A DNA stretch of 63,196 bases, filler included, from Octopus bimaculoides (GCF_001194135.2; 9 parts of 9 records of this genome joined end to end with filler, not necessarily neighbours in it); one strand, 5' to 3'. Positions 25,507-39,350 are shown, numbered from the whole stretch's first letter. Numbers and translations are program-made. The notes: generated by a model not told the origin, from the letters alone.

Positions 25507-25835
25507 AGAGATGTACTTGCATAGCAAGTGACCTGATCTAAGATCGTGTGCTGAAACAAAAACAATTGCAGCGTGGAAGCCATTTATAAACCATTTAAAA
25601 ACACACAAAAGCTGTTAGATTCACTTCAACATTTAAATTTAATTTGCCAAAATAGTTTCGTCGCTTTGAGACCGCAACCTGTTCTCTGACAAAATTCCGT
25701 GCTGCATCACGGAATTTTGTCGCGGTCTCAAAGCGACAAAAATATTTTGGCAAATTAAATTTAAACGTTGAAGTGAATCTAACGGTTTTTGTGTTTTTAA
25801 ATGGGTTATAAACACCTTCCACGCTACAATTGTTT
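25507..25835. repeat. Interspersed repeat (family D) followed by its own inverted partial copy
   Basis: 25507-25707 matches 45765-45962, and approx. 25708-25835 is the reverse complement of approx. 25560-25705 with a 12-bp deletion. Confidence 0.8.
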
Positions 25836-26404
25836 ATCCTGAAATACTAAAGAGTAAATCCATTCAATAAAATTGTCATTGGCTTCAGCCATGCCTTCCA
25901 GACGACTTCGGAATCTCCTGCAACTCTTCTGGACAATCTCCTTGTTCAAATTGGTAAATGCTGTCATAATCCATGCCGTTTTTGGTGTTCTCTCGCTCAG
26001 ATGCAGCCCACACATAATATCAAGAGGGTTGCAGTCTGGGGAGTTAGGTGGCCAGATGTTAGGGGTGATGTAGGCCTCCGTATTGGGTGTGAGGTGGTGT
26101 GGGAAGATGAATGGAAGCATAACGTTGCCATCACTAGTGATCACTCCAAACACCATGATGTTGACTGGATGTTTGATTTTTATCACAAACACTCTGAAAT
26201 TAGAGCCTCTGGCGCGAATACCAAGCAGTACAGCATGTGATTTTAAAATTTTTGGCTGAGTGAATTATGTCATAGTACTGTTTTTTTCACAGACGGTGCC
26301 CAACTGAACCTACTATACTGTGTACTCGACAGAATAAAAAACAAGCCATGTGCATGCGTGAAATTAAATCTATGATGTGGCGGTAAGTTACTCATCGCAC
26401 CATG
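25836..26404 (-). mobile_element. Tc1/mariner (maT/DD37D-like) internally deleted transposon
   Basis: KHPVNIMVFGVITSDG...FIFP...WPPNSPDCNPLD...CRRFRSRLEGMAEA. The end TA-CATGGTGCGATGAGTAA at 26406 matches the end of the copy at 60811. Confidence 0.8.
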
Positions 26405-27149
26405 TAAATTTGTGCTTATCCAGCTTTAAGGGTGTTAACTCTTATTTCTATCAATATATGCTATTCAGTACCCTCAACTACAACTAGAGACCATTAAATT
26501 TTTCATTTATGGTTTTATATTGCACGTAACTACTTCTATTAATTAATATATATATATATATTGCGCTTGAGATTGAGTTTCATTCTAACATATGTAAATT
26601 ATGCGCTTTGTTTCTGTATTCTAGGTAGGATTTCTCTTTTACTCTTTTACTTGTTCACAAGGCTTTGGTCGGCCTGAGGATATAGTAGAAGACACTTGCC
26701 CAAGATGACACGCAGTGGGATTGAACCTGGAACCATGTGGTTGGTAAGCAAGCTACTTACCACACAACCACATTTTTTTAACAAATTTTCCCCACCGAGA
26801 TTTAGACTACTGAAAATTATCTCTCATCTTGTCTTGTCCTCGAACTCCACCATTACCTGTCCCTATCCCGGTTGAGAAAGTAAGTTGGTGGTCGGCGTGT
26901 GATTAACAGCCCTGCACTGTCAATTCTCTACATTTCAATCGAAACACCAACGACAAAACATTTGAAACTTGATAAGTGGAGATAGTCCTTAGAAACTGCG
27001 TATGAAGCAACGTAGTGAGGCTATATCTAGGGACAACTGCAATCCATTGCCAAAAATCATGACTGATAGATGGCAATCTCTTGTTGATGTCCTATATACC
27101 AAATGAAGTTATTGGAATTAAAACAATTGTTCTGGGCCAGGCTTTAGAA

Positions 27150-27430
27150 TTCATCTGAAGTGTTTCTCGCCTCCTCAGTATCTGTCTGTAGGATCATACA
27201 CTAGGTAATACTTGGCCCATTTTTCTCCGCATTCCTTAGGGATTCCATGCAAAGGTCTGCCTGGTAACGCTCATTATTGGATTGTGTAGTATAAGCCTAA
27301 TCCATCCAATAATCTCTTCACCTTCTGTTTTGCAGCTGGTCAATGACCTCTTAAATAAAGAACTGTGTTGTTGATTTTTCCTGCTCAGCGATTGCGAAAG
27401 ATTTTTCTTAGGCAGCTACATTTTTTCGAC
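27150..27430 (-). mobile_element. Possible RTE-clade LINE C-terminal remnant (approx.)
   Basis: The minus strand gives CLRKIFRNR*AGKINNTVLY, resembling the RTE motif RCLRKILxIxWxDKITN. Confidence 0.35.
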
Positions 27431-27942
27431 CATTTAGTCAGGAAAGGTAAGAGAGCGCTTGAGATCCTTAATTCTTTTCAAGAGACCCAAAAACTACTCA
27501 TCTTCAAACCGGGAACATGATCCAACCTCTTGCAACTAAGTGGATTCAACCAGAAGCTGAGATGAAGAATATTGAAATGAGCGACAGATTAAGTGTACTA
27601 TACAAGAAATCAGAATCTTGCCGAAGATCGAACTTGTCTTTCATCCTTTCGGGGTCGATAAAATAAGTGCCAGTTGAGCACTGGAATCAATGTACTCGTC
27701 ATACTTCTTCGAAACTGCTGGCCTTGTACCAAATCTTGCCGAATACCTGCTGCTCATTTATGGGAAATTCACCACATCCTCCAACACTATACTGACCAGA
27801 TCTCTTCGTTGGACACGTTTATGTTCACGCATATTATCTCACCATTTTCTCAAGAACTTGCTCTAGTTTGAACACATCCCAGTTATGAAACTAGGGCGTG
27901 TCCTATGGCTAGTAAAGAAAAAGAACTCGAAGTAAGACTCTA

Positions 27943-28019
<77 letters not shown>

Positions 28020-28315
28020 ATTTTAGAGGAAAGACAAGATACAGTGAGTCGGTTGCATCAATAATAAATGCAATCCTTTCTACTTTATGCACAAGACCTG
28101 AAATTTTGTGGGGAAGGACTAATCGATTACATCGACTCCAGTCCTGTGTTCAGCTGGTATTTATTCTATCAATCCCGGAATTATGAAAAACAAAGTTGAC
28201 CTCGGTAGAACTTGAAGTCAGAAAGTAAAAACGGACGAAATGCCGGTAAGCACTTTGTCCGGTGTGTTACTGATTCTACCAACCGCATAACAACAACAAC
28301 AATAATAATAATAAC

Positions 28316-28334
<19 letters not shown>

Positions 28335-28346
<12 letters not shown>

Positions 28347-28517
28347 CATAATTTTCTTATGGTTTCTTAAACATTCACTTGAACAAAACTGTACAAATCC
28401 AAATATATGGTACCCTAGGCATAACACCTACATGAACTTCTAACTTGTTGTCTCTTGAGGTCTCTGGGTGAGACTTGGATCCAATTTGTACAAATGCAAA
28501 ACAAAAGTCAAACATAA
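28335..28517 (+). mobile_element. Probable R4/Dong 3' UTR fragment between (AAT)n arrays (approx.)
   Basis: A unique 180-bp stretch bounded by (AAT)n on both sides and adjacent to an R4/Dong RT fragment. The family assignment is from recollection only. Confidence 0.4.
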
Positions 28518-28554
28518 AATAATAATAATAATAATAATGATCATAATAATAATC

Positions 28555-29640
28555 AAGAGAAGAATCTTCCGGAGGGACAGTGTTTGTGTCTCCACTGATA
28601 TTCGTGCTGGGAATGACCCCCTTGAGTGAAATACTACAGAAAACAAAGTTGGTGAATGATCTGGGAAGAGGTAAGGAAAAACTAAACCACTCGCTATTCA
28701 TGGACGGCCTGAAGCTATTCACAAAAACTCAGGCAGAACTGGACAGCCTAGTCCAGTCAGCGCGGATTTTGTTCAATGATATTGAGATGGAGTTTGGACT
28801 CACAAAATGTGCTACGATGGTGATGAGACGAGGAAAGCTTGTCAGGACAGAAGACATATGGTTGCCAAGTGGTGAAAAGATGAAGGTATTTCAACCTCAA
28901 TTCAGTTATAAATACCTGGGAATACTTGAGACAGATGGAATCAAACACCGCGGCATGGAAGAAAAGACAAAAAGAGAGTACCTGCGGCGAGGGAGAAAGA
29001 TATTGTCTTCAAAGCTGATTGCCGGAAACATAACTTCGGCTATAAACTCGTACACAGTCGCAGTAGTTCGGTATGGCACTGGAATCCTAAAGTGGACAGA
29101 GGAGGAGCTAAACGAGACGGACAGCAAGTCAAGAAAGCTCCTAACGATGCATGGAGCCCATCATCCACTTGCAGACACTGATCGTCTATATATATGAAGA
29201 GAGCAAATGGAGGAAGTGTGGAAGACTGCCTGTGTATCGAACTCGAGACTTTAATGAGATACCTAGCCGAAAGTAAGGAAACCTTGCTTGTGTCGGTTAG
29301 AAAAGAGGGAGTATTGAAAGCAGAAAAAGAAGAAAAAGAAAGTACAAAAAGGACACGAAGAAGAATTACGCAATAAGGGACTGCACAATCAATTCTATGT
29401 AACCACAACAGAAGTTGCTGGAAAAAATAGGTAAGATTGCCTGATGAAAGGAACCCTGAAAAAAGTTTGGCAAAGATACATGGCTCAATGTCGCAAAATT
29501 TGACTCCACGAATTTTCAGTTGTTACGCAGGCGTTCCACCATCAATGTTAGTGAGTGGCCTCAAGTATCTGTGGAATTGTACTGGAATGAACAGAAGCAC
29601 CTGTAGGGCTTCAACATTACCTGATGCGATATCCTCGCAT
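28555..29640 (+). mobile_element. R4/Dong-clade RT fragment, decayed (approx.)
   Basis: SPLIFVLGMTPLSEIL...LNHSLFMDGLKLF...MEFGLTKCA...YKYLGILE...EYLRRGRKILSSKL...AINSY...VVRYG...W...RKLLTMHGAHHPLADTDRLYI. Preceded by (AAT)n. Confidence 0.85.
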
Positions 29641-30489
29641 TAGGCATACACGCGCGCGCATACACACGCACACACACGCACGCATGCACGTACGCACATA
29701 CATAATCTTAACAGAATGAAGTTTTACAGTTCTAATTTCTTTCTAACAGTTTCTTTGTCCATTTTTCTTTTTTATTTTTCCTTTTTTTTTTTCATTGGGA
29801 ATCTTTCTTCATCTTCTTCCTGCTATTTTCCAATTTTCTTATTTCGTTTTTGCTTTCATCTCTTTTTTTTTGTGTGCTTTGTATTTTAATTAGCTTTTAG
29901 TACGTTTACAATTTTTTAGGATGTGTGTATGTGTTTATGTATGTATGTATGTATGTGTGTATGTATGTGTGTATGTATGTATGTATGTATGTATGTATGT
30001 GTATGTATGTGTGTGTGTGTGTGCGTATGTATGTATGTATGTATGTGTATGTATGTGTGTGTGTGCGTATGTATGTATGTATGCATGTATGTATGTGTAT
30101 GTATGTATGTGTGTGTGTGTGCGTGCGTATGTATGTATGTATGTATGTATGTATGTATGTATGTATGTATGTATGTGTGTGCGTATGTATGTATGTGTCT
30201 AATTTTCCCTAAATCATCGTTTATCTTTTTACTTTGATTATTCGTTTTTTCGTTTCTTTTAATACTTTAATCGGATTAAGAAACGTGTCCTCGTCACATA
30301 AGCACGCGACCTTAAAAATCCGAACGGCCGACTATTAACTTTCTTCTTTATTTCTTTCCCTTCGTGTTTAGTCGTAGTTGGAGGTGAAACTAGTCACCAC
30401 ATGTACCACCATTATAGGCTTAAACACTCCAATTCTCGTTTGTTTCCCTTCTAAATTCTCCCTTTCTTTTCTTAACCACTCTCTGTCTA

Positions 30490-30527
<38 letters not shown>

Positions 30528-30528
30528 A

Positions 30529-30629
<101 letters not shown>

Positions 30630-30767
30630 CCTATCTTCCCAATTCTCTCTATCACACACACATACGCTCACGTGTACGGATTTTGTATATAAATTAGACT
30701 ATTTTTCTATTTATCTGTTTGTCGGCGTCTCTTTATTATCTTTCTGTCTATCTGTCTGTCTGTCTGC

Positions 30768-30823
<56 letters not shown>

Positions 30824-31957
30824 TTCTCCTTCAAAGTATAAAAACACACAAACATGCATGTATGTGAGCGTGCGTGTGTGTGTGTGTGTGTGTCTGTCTG
30901 TCTGTCTGTGTGTATATGTATGTATGTATGTATGTACCCATCAACCAGTCCAAATAGCTACTCCTCTAAGTGGTGCATTTTTCCCCAGCTTCATTAGCTC
31001 CTCAGCTAACCTTCCTAATTTATCTCAATTTTTTTTTTTTTTTAAAGCGTAATGGCTCATGAAATCCGAAAGGCGTCTTCAGTGTTTCAGGCTATTGTTA
31101 TTGTCTCATCAGTGACAAAACTTTCTGGTTAACAACAAAATAAAAAGAAGGACTCATGCACATTTATTATTCTCTCTTTNNNNNNNNNNNNNNNNNNNNN
31201 NNNNNNNNNNNNNNNNNNNNNNNTTAATTAATTAANNNNNNNNNNNNNNNNNNNNNNNNNNNNNNNNNNNNNNNNNNNNTATATTTTATGGATAGTCTTA
31301 CAGCTCTATCCATAAAATATATTTCTAACCGCATTTAATCGAGCAAATCAACCCCAGGATTTATTTTTTGTAAATCTAGTACTTATTGTATCACTAAATT
31401 ATGTGTTTGCATATATATACAACAGGCTTCTTTCAGTTAGAAATATATTTTATGGATAGTCTTACAGCTCTATCCATAAAATATATTTCTAACTTTACCA
31501 TTGTTCTCTTTATCCTTTTATATATTTATACATACATATATATACATATATATATACATATATATATAATCTCATATATATATATATGCATGCATATAAA
31601 GAAATATATTAATATATATGAATATATATATGTATATGCATGTGTGTGTGTGTGTGTATGTGTGAAGAGAGAGAGAGAAACAGGGAGAGGGAGAGAGCCA
31701 AAAATATGAAATCTATTAATACTATCATTATTGAAACATGTAAATTATACGCGTATATGTGTGTGCATATTACACACACGCGCGCGCGCGCACACACACA
31801 CACACACACACATGTATCTATATTTATATATATGGAATTCATGTTGAACTTTTTTTTTATATTTTAGGGAATTTTTAGAAATTTTTGAGAATTTGTATTC
31901 TACTCAGAGCAAAACATATGGCGTACTTAAATCAGAATTCCGCCATGTGTATACATG

Positions 31958-31989
<32 letters not shown>

Positions 31990-32910
31990 CATATATATAA
32001 ATTATACTAGTTTATAGATATTGTTATTAATTAACAACATTTGGAGACAGACTAGAATAGAAGTGCTGAAATTGAGCTAAGTTCCAATTTATAATTTGAG
32101 TGGAGGCACACACACACACACACACACACGCATATTCTTTTATTCTTTTATTTCTTTCAGTCATTTGACTGCGGTCATGCTGGAGTACCGCATTTAATCG
32201 AGCCAATCAACCCCAGGATTTATTTTTTGTAAATCTAGTACATATTGTATCACTAAATTATGTGTTTGCATATATATACAACAGGCTTCCTTCAGTTTCC
32301 GTCCATCAAATGCACTCACTAGCCTTTGGTCGACCCGCGGCTATAGTAGAAGACACTTGCGCAAGGTCCTACGCAGTAGAACTAAACGCGGATCCATGCG
32401 GCTGGAAAGCAAACTTCTTACCACACAACCACATAGCCACACACACACANNNNNNNNNNNNNNNNNNNNNNNNNNNNNNNNNNNNNNNNNNNNTTAATTA
32501 ATTAANNNNNNNNNNNNNNNNNNNNNNNNNNNNNNNNNNNNNNNNNNNNCTGCATTCCTTACTCTTTCCGGATCTTTGTAGTGTTCGTCATTGTTTGCAA
32601 GACGCTGAATCCGAATTTGTTATTCATTTATTCCAGAAAAATTTTGCAAAAACATTACAGGTGTTTAAAGTTAGATAATTTTCAGAATTTTCAACCAGTC
32701 AGAAAATTGCGCGTTCGCTGCGTCTATCATCATGGGTGGGGGTGGGGGGTCGACATGTCAAAACATTGCTCCTTCCCTTGTACACGCGCACACATACATT
32801 CACTCATTCAGAGTTGAAACCGAAACGCTGATTTTTCTTTTCAGCATTGAATGTACACCATCTCACTTCCAATGCACGCGCACACACACACGCATTACTT
32901 TTACATTTAT

Positions 32911-33308
32911 ACTCTTTTACTTGTTTCAGTCATTTGACTGCGGCCATGCTGGAGCACCGCCTTTAGTCGAGCAAATCGACACCAGGACTTATTTTTTGTA
33001 AGCCTAGTACTTATTCTATCGGTGTCTTTTGCCGAACCGCTAAGTTACGGGGACGTAAACACACCAGCATCGGTTTGTCAAGCGATGTTGGGGGAACAAA
33101 CAGACACAAACATATACACACGACATATATATATATACATATATACGACGGGCCTCTTTCAGTTTCTGTCTACCAAATCCACTCAGAAGGCTTTGGTCGG
33201 CCCAAGGCTATAGTAGAAGACACTTGCCCAAAGTGCCACGCAGTGGGACTGAACCCGGAACCATGTGGTTGGTAAGCAAGCTACTTACCACACAGCCACT
33301 CCTGCGCC
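32911..33308 (-). mobile_element. tRNA-derived SINE family A, full-length copy
   Basis: Head GTGGCTGTGTGGTAAGTAGCTTGCTTACC...GGTTCAGTCCC, CCTTGGGCAAGTGTCTT core, internal (TA)/(TG) microsatellite and GAGTAAAA-type tail. Other copies lie at approx. 1720-1827, 1977-2092, 26635-26772, 32135-32440, 36705-36872, 44425-44590, 50845-51000, 55815-55960 and 61160-61290. Confidence 0.85.
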
Positions 33309-33699
33309 TATGCCTACCACACAGCCACTATTATTATATATTTATATGAAATTTTTGAATTTAGTTCACGGACCCCCAGAACTACCTCCGCGGACCCCAG
33401 GTTGAGAACCACTGCACTAATCAAATACTGGGGTCGACTCCTCTGTCCTCTTACTTTCTGTCTGACTGTCTCTTCCAAAACTGACTGTGCACTGTCTGTG
33501 ATTTCAGAAAGGATAGCAGTGTCTCCTGACATTAACAGTTCTCCAGAGAGCTTGCGAGACACTACACTCCAAGAGTTGACAGTCGCAAATGATAACATAA
33601 AATTTGTCAACACTTATTAAACTATTTAGAGAAATGTTTTAATGTATGCGTCCACACCTTGTTGCGGAGTGACAACCCGTGTCCGGCAATGGTCTAGAG

Positions 33700-33990
33700 C
33701 AGTGCTTTTCAAACTATCTGATGTGGCGTACCGGCAGATTTTTTTTGCAATATGCCAGGGACTGGTAATATTTCTTAGTAATATTAATTTATATCGGAAA
33801 CAATATATATAATGAATATGATATAAAAGTTGACAATTATTTTATCTTATATTTATTTTCTAAAGAAATAATACAATATTACATAAGCATTTTATGATGT
33901 TTCTTTCTTTTCTGGAAACTTGCCGCGTACCGGAAGCTGATGGCTCGCGGACCCACACCGGTCCGCGGACGCCCACTTTGATTAACACTG
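33700..33990. mobile_element. hAT-type MITE
   Basis: CAGTGCTTTTCAAA...TTTGATTAACACTG ends; 8-bp TSD GTCTAGAG/ATCTAGAG. Confidence 0.75.
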
Positions 33991-34400
33991 ATCTAGAGAG
34001 TTATGCTAATGGAGCGCAAGCCCTTGGTATGGAAGCACTATCGCCAAGGTTAAGAACAACCGTACTAAAGCGTCAAGTAACTAGGAGCACGTGATGTCAT
34101 GACGTAATATTTCTACACGCGCGCGCACACAGAACTTTCCCAAAAGAAAATTGCCATGTGACCACTGCTGTGAACGTTACATAATTTTCCTGTACAAAAC
34201 CGATGTTTAGGAAAATTATTCAAGATTTGCTTCCCTTGCTTAAATCCAACTAAGGTATAGAAAAGATATATGCCAGTTACGTAATAAATTCCGTTCTATC
34301 GCATTTAGCATTCCCGAGAATCCAGGGTTTTGCAGTCCAAACTAGAGAGAAAAAAGCAATGGAAACAAAACTAGAAGCGTAAAATTTGATATAATGCAAC

Positions 34401-34556
34401 GAGTGGCTGTGTGGTAAGTAGCTTGCTTACCAACCACATGGTTCCAGGTTCAGTCCCACTGCGTGGTACCTTGGGCAAGTGTCTTCTATTATAGCCTCGG
34501 GCCGACCAAAGCCTTGTGAGTGGATTTGGTAGACGGAAACTGAAAGAAGCTCGTCG

Positions 34557-34597
<41 letters not shown>

Positions 34598-34709
34598 TTG
34601 TGTTTGTGTCTGTGTTTGCCCCCCTAGCATTGCTTGGCAACTGATGCTGGTGTGTTTATGTCCTCGTCACTTAGCGGTTCGGCAAAAAGAGACCGATAGA
34701 ATAAGTACT
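34401..34709 (+). mobile_element. SINE family A copy, truncated by a gap
   Basis: Reverse-complement match to 32911-33308. Confidence 0.8.
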
Positions 34710-35195
34710 NNNNNNNNNNNNNNNNNNNNNNNNNNNNNNNNNNNNNNNNNNNNNNNNNNNNNNNNNNNNNNNNNNNNNNNNNNNNNNNNNNNNNNNNNNN
34801 NNNNNNNNNNNNNNNNNNNNNNNNNNNNNNNNNNNNNNNNNNNNNNNNNNNNNNNNNNNNNNNNNNNNNNNNNNNNNNNNNNNNNNNNNNNNNNNNNNNN
34901 NNNNNNNNNNNNNNNNNNNNNNNNNNNNNNNNNNNNNNNNNNNNNNNNNNNNNNNNNNNNNNNNNNNNNNNNNNNNNNNNNNNNNNNNNNNNNNNNNNNN
35001 NNNNNNNNNNNNNNNNNNNNNNNNNNNNNNNNNNNNNNNNNNNNNNNNNNNNNNNNNNNNNNNNNNNNNNNNNNNNNNNNNNNNATTACCGTCCTTATTC
35101 TAATTCATGTCCACTGTCAGGAAATCTGCCGTCACACATGGGACCTCTTCAGCGACACTTTCCATCTTCGTGCTGAAGAGGTCACAGATGTGTAA

Positions 35196-35426
35196 GGCGG
35201 CGAGCTGGCAGAATCGTTAGCACGCCGGGCGAAATGCTTTGCGGTATTTCGTCTGCCGTTACGTTTTGAGTTCAAATTCCGCCGATGTCGACTTTGCTTT
35301 TCATCCTTTCGGGGTCGATTAAATAAGTACCAGTTACGCACTGGGGTCGATATAATCGACTTAATCACTTTGTCTGTCCTTGTTTGTCCGCTCTGTGTGT
35401 AGCCCCTTGTGGGCAGTAAAGAATAA
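35196..35426 (+). mobile_element. tRNA-derived SINE family B, full-length copy
   Basis: GGCGGCGAGCTGGCAGAATCGTTAGC (A box)...GAGTTCAAATTCC (B box)...CATCCTTTCGGGGTCGAT. Other copies lie at approx. 8290-8500, 27630-27735, 28075-28285, 35630-35780, 38805-39170 (two, opposite), 44660-44865, 46125-46322, 55225-55430 and 61950-62245. Confidence 0.85.
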
Positions 35427-36453
35427 GATGTGTAACGAAAGATTTCTGGACAATGGCAGGAGTTAGAATAAGAACAGTAATAAACAAGTGAAGAACGAAT
35501 ACATAGTGTGTGTTTATTTGGCAAAGTAAAAAAAAAAAAAAAATGACCATCCCGAAATACAACAATGTTTCAACACACGGTTTCATATCAGGAATCTTGC
35601 AACACAAATTCATAAGCGCGCACGCGCACAAATTCCGCCGAGGCCGACTTTGCCTTTCATCCTTTCGGGGTCGATTAAATAAGTACCAGTTATGCACTGG
35701 GGTTGATATAATCGACTTAATCCGTTTGTCTGTCCTTGTTTGTCCCCTCTGTGTGTAGCCCCTTGTGGGTAGTAAAGAAATACACACACACACACATATT
35801 TGTGAGGAATTTTGAATAGCTTTTCATTTTTAGCAGTATTCCAATATTTCCGATATTTTATAGAACAGAAATTACGATTCATAAGAAAAAAAGTTCCCTC
35901 CAAATATCAATTTACTTTTATGACACCTCAAATTTCTACATCTTTTCCTTTTCCCATGAAATACAGGACATCGAGGGGACAGTTATTCCAAAACTACGCC
36001 CATAAATATTTGTTCAATCCGTTCACTGCCCGATTTACTCCAGCATTTAAGGATTTAATGTGAACTCTCAGGAGAGGGTGATTGTAATCAGATCGCTTAG
36101 AATATGTTGTTCATTTTCGTGTTGTTTTTGCTAACCAAAATATAAGGAAAAATTCCAAAAGCAAAATAACTCGAAAATCGTCACTATCAACAACACATTT
36201 TCACTACATGCCAAAAAAGATTACCCCATTAAAAACAGAAATTACAAAAAAAAAAAAATAATAATAATTGCCGGCTGGCAAACCAACATAAGATCTACAG
36301 ATTGACGAAAGTGAAAGTAGAGCCATAAACTGAAGGATCACCCAAATTAAATTCGCGAATGTGTTCGTGCATTTAGGATGTGAACATATTTCGGTGCCAG
36401 TTTAGCGTGCAAGGCTAATCTTAGCTAAGATCAGGTTATTTCACAGTGCAGAC

Positions 36454-36617
36454 CAGTTCTCCACAACCTTTTTCACTTGCGATACACTTATATTCTTTTC
36501 AAAATTCAGCGGCACACCTGAACTAAAAATATAGCTAAAAGCATGGGGGAAAAAAATTATATTCAGGTTACACTGTGGCACACCAGAGTGCCGCGGCATA
36601 CCGGTTGCGGAGCACTG
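36454..36617. mobile_element. hAT-type MITE
   Basis: TIRs CAGTTCTCCACAACC/GGTTGCGGAGCACTG; TSD GTGCAGAC/GTGTAGAC. Confidence 0.75.
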
Positions 36618-37791
36618 GTGTAGACTACGGATTCTTTCGGTCATTTGACGGGGCCATTACCAATATTGATTATTTTTCGTCTTAAGTATCCAGAAACATA
36701 GACGCAGGCGTGACTGTGTGGTTAGAAACTTGCTTCTCAACCATATAGTTCCGTGTTCAGTCCCACCGCAAAACAGATTAGACAAGTGTCTTCTACTTCT
36801 AGCTTTAGTATCTTCTACTTTAGCCCCGGGCCGACAAAAACCTTAAGCGGATTTGGTAGACGGAAACTGAAAGTTATGGAGAAACAAAATAGACTCGAGT
36901 GAAATATCCGAAACCTTTCTTTGTCCCATCGAAAAACATTTTTCACCTCAAATTCCGATATAATCGAAATCTATGCCATCTGAAAGGTATTTGTAGAGAA
37001 TTTCATTTAAAAATATCAATTTTCCCGAAAGTTACTTGGGTAGGTATGTTGAAGTTTTGTAATAAAAATAAAATGTCCTATAAAAAACATAGCTATGGCA
37101 GCTGAAACCAGCTCAAGGTGGGCCCGGTTAGCAAGGGATCGTAAATGGCACCCTTTTACAAGCGAAAGCTAATCCAGTCATCTCTTCCATACAGGAGAAG
37201 CGCAAAAAGTGGATAATGTGCAGTATATGGCCGTAAACAAGTAAAAGTAAACAGTCCTAAAAATGATGAAAGCAAATTCCGATAGAAACCGGAAGTGTTG
37301 ATAGTGACATCCCGTAATTTCATGTAAACTATGACATAACCAATATATACAACGTACATATCTTATCTATAAATTTCAGCAATGTTACGTTTTTATGTTC
37401 GTTAACTCCTCCTAGACCGTTGGTGCAAGGACGACAAAACTCAAAGCAGCAACTCCCCTAGTCCCAGGGAATGTCCGAAGGGGTCTATTTTTTTAAGGTC
37501 CGCCTAATTGGGGCCCCACTGACCTATTTTTACCGCATTTAAAACTAAATATATGACACTGGCGATCAAATCGGAGCAATGACAATGAATTTCATACCAT
37601 GAACTCCCAGGGCGTATCATAAGGAGGTTCAATTTCTGAAGGGGCGCTTAAATGGGACAATTTATGGGACAATGCATACAAACTGTTGTTATTCGAAAAT
37701 GTTTGGGTAAATTTTTGGAGGGGCTATTTTTGTAACGAGTCTGTTTATTTACCTCAGTTCAGTTTTGTTGTTATTGGAACATCATTAATGC

Positions 37792-38016
37792 GGTACTACT
37801 AAAGCAGCGCGGACCCGAACTCGCAGTCGCACGTCCGCGCTAGCTAGTCGTGAGTGGTCGATTCTAACCCTAACCCTAAACCTAAACACGTATTCATTTG
37901 CACACGCGGGTTAGGGATAGGGTTAGGGTTAGGGACAGGGTTAGGAACGATCACTCAAGACTAGCTAGCGTGGACGCGCGACTGCGCGTTCGGGTCCGCG
38001 CTGCTTTAGTAGTACC
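37792..38016. mobile_element. Palindromic MITE with internal (CCCTAA)/(TTAGGG) repeats, possibly Merlin
   Basis: Long TIRs beginning GGTACTACTAAAGCAGCGCGGACCCGAAC. The flanks ATTAATGC/CTGGATGC match only partially. Confidence 0.7.
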
Positions 38017-39220
38017 CTGGATGCTAGAATTGTAGGTGCTAGAAAACTAATCCACAGAATTTGGTAAAAAAAGCCAAATTTGCCTTTCGTTTTACTTTGG
38101 TTTTCGTGTCTATTCTCACCTATGGTCACGAATGTTAGGTAATAACCAAAACTGTACAATGGTGAATAGAAGCGGTCAGAACGGTTCCTCCGAAGGAACC
38201 GTTACTCGACAGGGTGGGTGGCTCGGAGTTCAAGGAGTTTCTCCGAGATCGAGTTACTACTTATCGTCATTGTGAGATCACAGCTAGAGTACCACACAGA
38301 AATATGGTTAGAATATCTCAAGAAAGGATTGCAAGACGGACTTTTTTTCAAGCCGTGCCACCTGATGAGGCCTAAGGGTAGATTTAAAACGAGATAGTGG
38401 AAATTTCCATAGTCTTAGTTTGTCACGCGTGGGAACCCTGGAACAGAATGTAATGACGATTGCTTCTGATGGGACCCTTTGGAGGACTCTACTCCCACTA
38501 CACTCCATCCTCCATCAGGAATAGCGGTCGGCGAAAATAAATGGTTTTTGCCTTCTTTTGTATCGGATGTTAAAAAGGTTTAGAAAACGGAACATATTGT
38601 GTAAGATTACTATGAAATAAAATGTTTGGAAAACAGATCGATCGTTTACAATATCATTCTACTATAGTCTGTTATGTAACGCTTAACTATGGAACAAAAT
38701 CATAGACCGTAGTCAATTGAAATCATGAAAGTATACTCTGCAAGTCAAAACGAAATATCGCCGTGTTGTAGCAACATTTGAAACAATTATTATTAAGTCG
38801 ACGAGCTGGCAGAATCGTTAGCACGCAGGACGAAATGCTTAGCGATATTTCGTCTGCCGCTAGGTTCTGAGTTCAAATTTCGCCGAGGTTGATTTTGCCT
38901 TTCATCCTTTCGGGGTCGATTAAATAAGTACTAGTTACGCACTGGGATCGATGTAATCGACTTAATCCCTTCCCACAAGGGCGGCAGCAATTTTGAGGGA
39001 GAGTATGAATCGATTACATCAACGCCAGTGTTCAACTGGTACTTATTTTATCGACCCGAAAGAGTGAAAGCTAAAGTCAACCTCTGTGGAATTTGAACTC
39101 AGAACGTTAAAACGGACAGAACACCACTAAGTATTTTGTCCCGTGTGTTAAGAACTCTGCAAGTCCGCTGCATTAACATCATATATCCTCATTTTAACAC
39201 CCAATTTTTTTCTGGGTGGA

Positions 39221-39293
39221 GGTAAAGAATACGCACACCACCCGTCTTCGGTGTAACCCTAACCCTAAATACCGGGTGTGCGTATTCTTTACC
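39221..39293. mobile_element. 73-bp mini-MITE with an internal CCCTAA repeat
   Basis: Perfect 19-bp TIR GGTAAAGAATACGCACACC; no clear TSD. Confidence 0.6.
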
Positions 39294-39350
39294 TTGGCCT
39301 GGGCTACAACTCTTGAGTTAGAGGAAATGACAAGTGTATAACAAAGAATA

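Noticed and set aside
25636-25695. Hammerhead-like three-way junction on the minus strand of family D (TTTGTCA...GTCGC/GCGAC-GAAA...TGRCAAA)
   Set aside because: The 5' core reads G(A/T)GAACAG rather than CUGANGA in both copies, and the 45.9-kb copy lacks GAAA, so it is not supportable as a ribozyme without a consensus.
34085-34110. CACGTG E-box next to TGACGTAA
   Set aside because: Short motifs expected by chance in 63 kb, with no independent support.
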